From Amoeboradix gromovi X-113 (Eukaryota; Fungi; Sanchytriomycota), in NCBI GenBank assembly GCA_018985225.1, contig JADGIF010000528.1, positions 1 through 7,106 of the forward strand: DNA of 7,106 nucleotides. The letters are read 5' to 3'. The notes under the pieces were generated by a model, which saw only the letters and a list, made by a program, of their open reading frames with translations, had not been told where the DNA came from and did not search any database. Below, piece by piece: positions 1 to 6,659 of this stretch; the first letter of the stretch is position 1; each line of letters begins with the position of its first letter. The translations under genes were made by a program, and so were the position numbers.

Positions 1-759
1 TTTCAAGCCATTTAGGAACGGTTCAATATCCAAGGAAACCATTCCATTCCATGCACAAATTACTTGCATCGGCTCTTGCTTGTACCATGCAATTTTGCTT
101 GCTAAAGCAGACATTGGCTGGCTTAAATCGCGGCTAAGGTGATACCCATTAATATCAATCCCAACCCAAGTGTCATGAAAATAAAAGGTGTTGTCATAGT
201 ATTCATAATCCATTCCAGCTGATAATCCAGCGCCTTGCAGTATACGTTGATATTCCAGTTCGAGCAAGTCATTTACACAATAAAAGACGTCATTAATAAA
301 TAGAATACTATCATATTTGTCGGATACATATCTTAAGGCCTTGTTTCTCTTATCAATTAAGAAATCTATTCTATTCACATTGGATGTCAGAGACTCATCA
401 CCTAAAACTATTTCATGAGGTATGTTTATAGAATCCTTTAGTTGGAGGAGTAACTCTTTTGTATTGTCGCTGCTACCGCTTTCGTAAATTGATAAAAACA
501 TTTTTGGATTGAATTTTATAAGGCTTTTTATACCCAATATCATAAATGGCAGCACGTGTTCGCTGTTATGTAAATTGATGGCAATGTACCATCTCTTGTT
601 CTTTAATATGTTGTAACGTTCCAGTGGTTCCCTACAAATCATTTTGTGGTTCATCTCCCAGTCTTTTGAATACTGCGTGGTTGGCACATCATATTTCGAT
701 TTATCATAAGTATACAAGTACGTTAATAAAATTATGCTACCTAAGAGCTGCAATATCAT
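1..759 (-). CDS. CAP59/CMT1-family (GT69) alpha-1,3-mannosyltransferase-like protein, 3' end outside the window
   Basis: Manual translation gives an ATG at 759 and 253 stop-free codons to the window edge. It has an N-terminal hydrophobic anchor (MILQLLGSIILLTYLY), then family motifs in the expected order: YIAINLHNSEHVLP, FLSIYESGSSDNT, NRIDFLIDKRNKAL, ILFINDVFYCVNDLLEL, AGMD, FHDTWVGIDING, PMQVICAWNGM. Confidence 0.88.
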   Translation of the reverse strand, partial: MILQLLGSIILLTYLYTYDKSKYDVPTTQYSKDWEMNHKMICREPLERYNILKNKRWYIAINLHNSEHVLPFMILGIKSLIKFNPKMFLSIYESGSSDNTKELLLQLKDSINIPHEIVLGDESLTSNVNRIDFLIDKRNKALRYVSDKYDSILFINDVFYCVNDLLELEYQRILQGAGLSAGMDYEYYDNTFYFHDTWVGIDINGYHLSRDLSQPMSALASKIAWYKQEPMQVICAWNGMVSLDIEPFLNGLK

Positions 760-807
760 ATGCAAGAAAAAAAATAATCAAGTTAATAATCATATTTTGA
801 CATTTAT

Positions 808-2761
808 TCATTCCAAAGACATTAAAATCTTTTTTTCACTTACCAAATCTCCCACTTTGCTGTTTATTTTTATTACTTTGCCATTAATTGTACTTTTAAT
901 TACATGCTCCATTTTCATAGCTTCTATAACAATTAATGATTGTCCAACCTTAACTGTATCATCTTCACTTACTAGCAGTTTTATGATCTTACTTGGCATC
1001 GGCGCTTTTATGTCATTCACCTTGTCTACTGTTGTTGTAAGCTCATAGTTGTTTCTTATTTCAACCTTGTATATGTTTCCATTGAGCATAATAACGTGGC
1101 TATCATCCAATACTATCTGCATCTTTATCTTGTAGTTGTTGCATGTCAAGTAATACTCCTTTCCGTCTTGCTCTAATTGGCAATTTTTGAATTCATGGAC
1201 ATCATTGTTGCTTCGTAATTTGATATTTACTACATCTCCGACTACGATGTCCATTGTAAAATCTGTGTTTTCAAGAGGTGCAGTACTGGTTACCTGTAGC
1301 TGCAAGTTTCTGTACACGTTTGAGTAAAAATAGTTTTCAGAGAGATTCAGCTGTTTTAGGGCTACAGCAATATATGAATGCAATAGTTCCTTTTTAGTCC
1401 AAGGCACTTGCAATACCTGAGGGTTGTTTCTGATGAAGTTGGTATCAATATCCTCAAAGCTTTTGAATTTGTCATTTTTACAGAGCTCTTTTAAAAATGG
1501 AATATTTGTGTTCACGCCTATAATCTACATTAAAAAGAAATACATCATAGGACTGCAAGTGGTTCAGCATCTTTTTTAGCGCTAATTCTCTATTGCTGTC
1601 GTGTACAATGACTTTACTAATCATTGGATCATAATGAACAGAAATAGAATCATTGTGATTTAGATAAGTTTCTACACGTGTATCTGGTGCCTTGTAATGC
1701 TTTAAAATTCCGCTATCCGGCAAAAAGTTGTTGTATGGATTTTCGGCATAAATTCGAGCCTCAAACGCATGACCGTGCCTCTTTATTTCTGACTGCTTTA
1801 GAGGTAAAGGAAGATTATTAGCAATGTTTAATTGCCATTCTACAAGGTCTAAATTAGTGATCATCTCGGTAACCGGATGCTCCACCTGTAGTCTTACATT
1901 CATTTCCATGAAATAATAATTGCTCGTCAAGGTATCAAATATGAATTCCACAGTACCAGCACCTTGATATCCTATAGCCTTGGCAGCAGTACAAGCAGTA
2001 TCTCCAAGTTCACTTCGTAGCTCTTCTGATATAAAAGGTGCCGGAGCTTCCTCAATGATCTTTTGATGTCGACGCTGCACAGAGCAGTCCCTTTCAAACA
2101 AATACACACAATTGCCAAATTTATCAGCAAACACTTGTACCTCTATATGTCTAGGATTCAAAATATACTTTTCTACCAAAACTTTGTCATTTCCAAAAGA
2201 ATTTAAAGCTTCACGCTGACAGCTCTCTAGCAGTTCTATGAAGTCTTTAGGTTCGTGCACAATACGCATTCCCTTACCCCCTCCACCATTCACAGCTTTT
2301 ATTAAGACAGGAAACCCTATCTTTTTAGCCTCGTTTAACAAGTGCTGAGAATCTTGGTTTTTACCAAAATAACCGGGTGTGACTGGGACACCAGCATCCA
2401 TCATGATTTGTTTAGCAACACTTTTGCTACCCATCTGCCGAATTGCTTCACTAGGTGGTCCAACCCAATTAATGTTATTAGCCTTTAGTAATTTAGCAAA
2501 TTGCTCATTTTCTGACAAGAAACCATAACCCGGGTGAAGAGCATCCGCATTATGTTCCTTACAAATTTCAATGATTTTTTCTTTGTTTAGATAATCAGTG
2601 TTTAAAGGTAATTGAACCGCGACATCTGCTATTTTGGTATGGTTTGAATTTTTGTCTGGTGGAGTGTAGATGGCAACAGTTTTTATGCCCATTTTTTTAG
2701 CAGTTCTAGCAATCCGGCAAGAAATTTCACCTCGATTAGCTATTAGAAGACGGTTTATCAT
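808..2761 (-). CDS. MCCC1: 3-methylcrotonoyl-CoA carboxylase alpha (biotin-containing) subunit; two exons, complement(join(808..1524,1544..2761)), 644 aa
   Basis: Biotin carboxylase motifs LLIANRGEI, HPGYGFLSEN, GGGGKGMRIV, ERDCSVQRRHQKIIEEAPAP, FMEMNVRLQVEHPVTE and GHAFEARIYAE, plus a C-terminal biotinyl domain with EAMKMEH. Removing 1525-1543 fuses the two track ORFs into LQSYD/IIGVNTNIPFL, the conserved junction. First in-frame ATG is at 2761. MCC is preferred over PCC or other carboxylases on motif resemblance only. Confidence 0.88.
1525..1543 (-). other. Predicted 19-nt spliceosomal intron (GTATTTCTTTTTAATGTAG), phase 0
   Basis: GT...TAG ends and a TTAAT branch-point-like motif next to the acceptor. 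Excision restores both the reading frame and a gap-free match to the conserved Y-x-I-x-G-x-x-TNI-x-FL segment. Confidence 0.8.
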
Positions 2762-2819
2762 CCTGGATTGTGTCAAAAATTAAGATCTGCCTTGAAATAC
2801 TACAAATTTTCAAAACAAG
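2762..2819. promoter_or_regulatory. 58-bp divergent intergenic region, presumed bidirectional promoter
   Basis: This is the only sequence between the head-to-head ATGs at 2761 (-) and 2820 (+). It contains AAATTT-like tracts on both strands. Function is inferred from position. Confidence 0.5.
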
Positions 2820-4703
2820 ATGTCCTTCCCAGTAATTCTGCCATCAAGTCAATTTCAAGGTGAAGATTTCGAATTGCATAAGAAATTGAAGTACCATGGC
2901 CAAAAGAAAGCGGCAATAATCAAGGAATATCCAATGGGTGGTAATTCCAAGGTCAAGTTTGAGACTGTAAATGACAACCACTTTGTTCAATTTTACTACG
3001 ATGATAAGTTTTATGAATTAAACGTTACCCATTTACATGGCAGTATCTTTTCTGTACTGCACAACGATTCGCACATTATATACTTGGCAGAAGTCAAGAA
3101 ACCAAAGGTACCTTGGCATTCTGCAGAATTTGGAGAGAGGTTTAAAAATAAGAGGTATCCAGTTCTTGTAGTAATCGATTTAAAAGTCGCAGTTGCTAAC
3201 TATTTCGATTGCTATAAATCTGATGGAAAACCCGAAGATATCAAAGGCATTTCATGTTTAGATTTGTTCGATAAAGGGTATATTCCGTGGTACTTTTCAA
3301 TCACAGAAAACAGCATTTTATTCACTGGACTTTATCACTCCCCAATCTTGTTAGGTGTAGTGTATTGCCCTAACAGACCTTCTGATATTTTTCAAATCCC
3401 GTTTTCTCTTGAGATTGATAGCTTAAAGATGTTGACGGACTCTAAGTGGGCTGTTCGTAGTCCGATGTACTCGCCATCTTCTGATTCCATCTTTTATCTT
3501 CGAAATCCCTTGATGGGGCCGCATTTTACAAATTGCCAAATAATGCAAATAAAAGATTCTAATCATAAAGTTCTTGTAGACACTTTTAGCTATAAGTCAT
3601 ATCAATCACCCTCAATATCTTATAAACCAGAAATTCTTTCATATGCCGGTATCTATTGTGATGCTTTCCACGTTCAGTCTATCTTTAAAGATTACATAAT
3701 AATGGATACGAACTGTCAAAGTCGCCAAATAATAGTCGTAATCAATTCAGTTAGCACTTCTGTGACTACAATAAGTGATCCATTAAAATCTTTTTATTTT
3801 TATGGACATAATTCCACAGTAGCAGTTATTAATTCCACAAGTATGGAACATGGAATAACCGTCAAATCAGTTGACCTCAGGTCTTTACTAAGTGGTAAGT
3901 TAGTCGATGTACATGTGTATTATCGCCAATCTGGTTTTGGCACCATTTCAATTAGATCTCTGTCTCCGAGCATGGATATCATTATTATGAAACCCCATAA
4001 TTGTAACAATAAAATAGTTTATATGCCTCATGGTGGGCCTCATTCGGCATATACCACAGCTTATAGTAACAATTTGCATTTGTTTTTGTTAGCAAATTAC
4101 ACAATCGTTCTAATTAACTATACAGGCAGTGTGGGCTATGGAATCAACAATGTGAATGAATTAGTAGGCAAAATAGGCATATTAGACATAGAAGAATGCT
4201 ACACTGTGGTTAGTCTTCTGCATCAAGAAGAATTTAAAGGATTCAAGAAATATATCACGGGTGGTTCTCATGGAGGTTTTATTGCAAGTCATATGGTCGG
4301 TAAATACCCAAATCTGTTCAAGGCGTGTGTAATGAGAAATCCGGTTATATCCTTGCCATTAAATGTAAGTAGCGATATAATGGACTGGGCGTTTAATGAG
4401 ATGGGATTAGCACTAGAGCAGAGTAGTCCAAGGTTTCCTACTCCAAAAGAATATGAGCTGATGTATAATCAGAGCAGTGACAGGCTCTGTAAGAATGTAA
4501 CGACACCGACGCTGGTAATGATAGGAAAAGATGACTTGAGAGTACCCCCATTTCAGGGATTACGATGGGTTCAGATTGTGAATAGCTACAACAATGTAGC
4601 AAAAGCTATTATTTATGCCGACAACGGACATTCTTTGGACTTGTATGAAGCTGATCAATATGGGCATGATGAGTTGATCAAATGGTTTGAAGAAAATGAA
4701 TAA
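2820..4703 (+). CDS. APEH: Acylamino-acid-releasing enzyme (acylpeptide hydrolase, peptidase S9C-like), 627 aa
   Basis: PHGGPHS, INYTGSVGYG, nucleophile motif GGSHGG (Ser483, 4266-4268), MRNPV, GKDDLRVP (Asp572) and NGHSL (His604). The Ser-Asp-His order is that of S9 peptidases, preceded by a propeller-like N-terminal region. Single uninterrupted ORF. Confidence 0.88.
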   Translation: MSFPVILPSSQFQGEDFELHKKLKYHGQKKAAIIKEYPMGGNSKVKFETVNDNHFVQFYYDDKFYELNVTHLHGSIFSVLHNDSHIIYLAEVKKPKVPWHSAEFGERFKNKRYPVLVVIDLKVAVANYFDCYKSDGKPEDIKGISCLDLFDKGYIPWYFSITENSILFTGLYHSPILLGVVYCPNRPSDIFQIPFSLEIDSLKMLTDSKWAVRSPMYSPSSDSIFYLRNPLMGPHFTNCQIMQIKDSNHKVLVDTFSYKSYQSPSISYKPEILSYAGIYCDAFHVQSIFKDYIIMDTNCQSRQIIVVINSVSTSVTTISDPLKSFYFYGHNSTVAVINSTSMEHGITVKSVDLRSLLSGKLVDVHVYYRQSGFGTISIRSLSPSMDIIIMKPHNCNNKIVYMPHGGPHSAYTTAYSNNLHLFLLANYTIVLINYTGSVGYGINNVNELVGKIGILDIEECYTVVSLLHQEEFKGFKKYITGGSHGGFIASHMVGKYPNLFKACVMRNPVISLPLNVSSDIMDWAFNEMGLALEQSSPRFPTPKEYELMYNQSSDRLCKNVTTPTLVMIGKDDLRVPPFQGLRWVQIVNSYNNVAKAIIYADNGHSLDLYEADQYGHDELIKWFEENE

Positions 4704-5040
4704 ATAAAATAGCTTAACCAGAAAAACCTTTCAAAAAGGGCCCAAGAATGACCCTTAAGCCTTTTATTTGCTGTTTGACAGAGCTACTCGAATACATTCT
4801 ATTTAATTATCATCAGTGTAACAATAAAAATAGTAAAAGTAGCCTGCCTACTTAGACCAACTTGGGAAACAAGCTTGAATGAGACATTGTTATGGGATAG
4901 CCTCAAAGGAGTCGCTGACTTCTAGTTTTGCAAATTTCGCAAAGTCTATCGGACATGTTTCCAAATCAGCCTCATCTTCGTTGAAGCAAACTGAGGCCTC
5001 AGTAGCACACTAGTAGCGCAAATAAAAGCGATGTAGTATT
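4704..5040 (-). ncRNA. Candidate Fanzor omegaRNA / element right end
   Basis: Lies directly 3' of the Fanzor remnant, has no credible ORF and has many potential stems: palindrome 4990-5003, 4963-4970 with 4914-4921, hairpins at about 4922-4948 and 4837-4853, and a terminal branched structure at 4702-4769. Boundaries and expression are unknown. Confidence 0.35.
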
Positions 5041-5054
5041 TCATTTGTGACATA

Positions 5055-6140
5055 TTACAAAAAATAGACAAAACTCTTAAAACAAATCGCACAAATAGCA
5101 GATCTAGTAAGGCAAAATGTTCCAAGTTCTGGCTGCTCTGTCCTAGGAGGATATTCTCTGCTACTATTTACTCTACTTTGCCAATCTAGTCCAACACTCC
5201 ATAGATTTTTAATGAATTCAAACCATTATAGCACGCATTCACGTCTCTATCCAGGGCTACTCCATAGTGGGTACACAGTAATAATCTTGGATCTCCAAGA
5301 TATTACCAATTATTCTTATACTCGCTATCGTGACTGCCATCACCATATGAAATCGCTTTAGACGCTCTCTATACGTCAAATCAATTAGTTGCTGTTCGAT
5401 TCGGAGTCCTCAAAAACGAGCATCTTCTCCTCCAATGTACCATATCTAACCGTAGCAATGGAAAGCGTGCATGCAAAGTATCTCTGATCTCTACCAGTCC
5501 AACACCTACTCTAAACCATTTCCCCATCTTCTCAATGTCTAGGACAGCCTCAATTGTCTTCAATTTTCATGCCACATCGAAACTGCAGACGGGCTTGGTA
5601 TAGTGTTCCTTGCCCACATATACACCCGGATCAAGCATCGTGGCACCAAGTCTATTCAGTAGCGCTTTCTTATCACAGAACCAGCAACTTGCTAGGAGTT
5701 TACCCTCTTGGCGCATATCTCTGTCTTCTTAGACGGTCTGGAATGTAGGAGATCCAATGCTTGCATACCAGTTTAGGAAGACGCTGGTCCATAACATTAA
5801 TCTTTTTCGTTTCGTTTGCTGTTGCAAGTGATGGTTTCGGTTCTGGGATGTTGTTTGATGCGACTTGAGTATCTTAATTTTGGAAGTCTCTTTTTCATCT
5901 TGGATTCATTTTGCTCCCCTTCCTATCTTGTTTTTAGAGAGCATGCCCTACATGCTTTGAAGGTCCAATTTGCAAGAGAATCTGTTATCACCGCCGTATG
6001 ATTAAAACTGATTCATTTTTCAAAATGAAACTGGTAGTGAATGATTTTATTCCAGCACAATGAAAGACCATAATGTAAAGAAGAGGACTCTAGGTCAATA
6101 GAAATTTTACTGCGCCCATTTTTGCGTCAATAGAATTTCC
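5055..6140 (-). pseudogene. Decayed Fanzor (eukaryotic TnpB-like RNA-guided endonuclease, Fanzor1-like), copy A; 5'-truncated and internally deleted
   Basis: Collinear motifs on the minus strand: KISID (6094-6108); CWNKII...SFNHTAVITDSLANWTF (about 5960-6057); RuvC-I ATMLDPG (Asp 5630-5632); GVGLVEIRDTLHARFPLLRLD followed by a damaged RuvC-II/CxxC segment; RLLLCTHYGVALDRDVNACYN (RuvC-III, 5225-5251). Several in-frame stops and frameshifts. Ends are approximate. Confidence 0.75.
6094..6135 (+). repeat. 10-bp direct repeat GTCAATAGAA x2 (6094-6103, 6126-6135), period 32
   Basis: Seen directly in the sequence, at the 5' break of Fanzor copy A. Confidence 0.6.
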
Positions 6141-6205
6141 ATTAAAAGTGGTGTGTTAGGTGTCTTATTTCATGTCTAATAAAAATTAGAATTGAGGATA
6201 AAACC

Positions 6206-6634
6206 ATGGTAAGATACAAATCAAGATATGCATTGGTTTTTGTTGAGCCACCTCTAAACGTAAACGGTGACAAATTACAGCACATTATAAGAGAACATGT
6301 AATAGACTTATTTGGCATAGTGTATTCGGAAATGGCACAGTCATTACAAATAATATATTATCATCCATACACCGGAACCTTAATTATAAGAACTAGATTG
6401 ATGTTCATAAAACACCTAAGAGTTGCAATGGTTTATTTAAACAAATTTATGAACCACAGCTTTGAAGCTACAATAATGCATACCAGTGCCACAGTGAAGC
6501 AAATAGGTAAAATTTTCGAAGGAAAGATACGACAATTTATTTTATACAACTCATCTAATTGCGATTTAGATAAACTTGCTAAAGCAGTTGCTGAGATTAT
6601 GGAATCCATGGAGCAATTAAAAATCGAAAAATAA
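6206..6634 (+). CDS. POP5: RNase P/MRP protein subunit Pop5 (Rpp14/Pop5 family), 142 aa
   Basis: N-terminal MVRYKSRYALV matches the MVRxKxRY signature. Also IREHVIDLFG, YYHPYTGTLIIR, and HTSATVK resembling the SGTIK motif. Size is typical. Confidence 0.87.
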   Translation: MVRYKSRYALVFVEPPLNVNGDKLQHIIREHVIDLFGIVYSEMAQSLQIIYYHPYTGTLIIRTRLMFIKHLRVAMVYLNKFMNHSFEATIMHTSATVKQIGKIFEGKIRQFILYNSSNCDLDKLAKAVAEIMESMEQLKIEK

Positions 6635-6659
6635 ATTCAAGTTGTCAAAAATACATTGA

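Noticed and set aside
734-1048. 104-aa plus-strand ORF
   Set aside because: Antisense shadow of the MCC biotinyl domain and the GT69 start; no recognisable motifs.
808-1515. Separate 235-aa biotin-carrier gene with a GTG start, as in a bacterial two-gene operon
   Set aside because: It begins mid-domain and is joined in frame to the upstream ORF by the GT-AG intron; the neighbouring genes are eukaryotic.
1525-1545. Programmed ribosomal frameshift at the T-rich run
   Set aside because: It would insert about six extra residues into a length-conserved segment, whereas splicing gives an exact fit. Not formally excluded without cDNA.
2762-2776. TTG start of the 432-aa ORF
   Set aside because: A prokaryotic-style start call; the first ATG is at 2761, and five extra residues would not form a targeting peptide.
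5284-5301. Inverted repeat ATCTTGGA-TC-TCCAAGAT
   Set aside because: Lies within coding remnant (YLGDPRL), is not conserved in copy B, and is plausible by chance.
5381-5563. 60-aa minus-strand ORF as an independent gene
   Set aside because: It is a stop-to-stop fragment of the Fanzor pseudogene, in frame with both DPG and DRDVNA.
5554-6001. Plus-strand ORFs 5554-5748 and 5816-6001
   Set aside because: Short, non-ATG starts, no motifs, antisense to the Fanzor remnant.
4732-6124. Possible degenerate terminal inverted repeats (CAAAAAGGGCCCA at 4732-4744 vs reverse complement of 6111-6124, CAAAAATGGGCGCA)
   Set aside because: Short and gapped, the 6111-6124 arm lies inside apparent coding remnant, and no target-site duplication is evident.
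5055-6140. Stop-codon reassignment or tiny introns rescuing the Fanzor as an intact gene
   Set aside because: Host genes have no internal stops and end in TAA or TGA. The remnant has all three stop types, frameshifts, a lost catalytic Glu and a large deletion. One 19-nt GT..AG (GTATAGAGAGCGTCTAAAG, 5356-5374) does not restore the motif-bearing frame.
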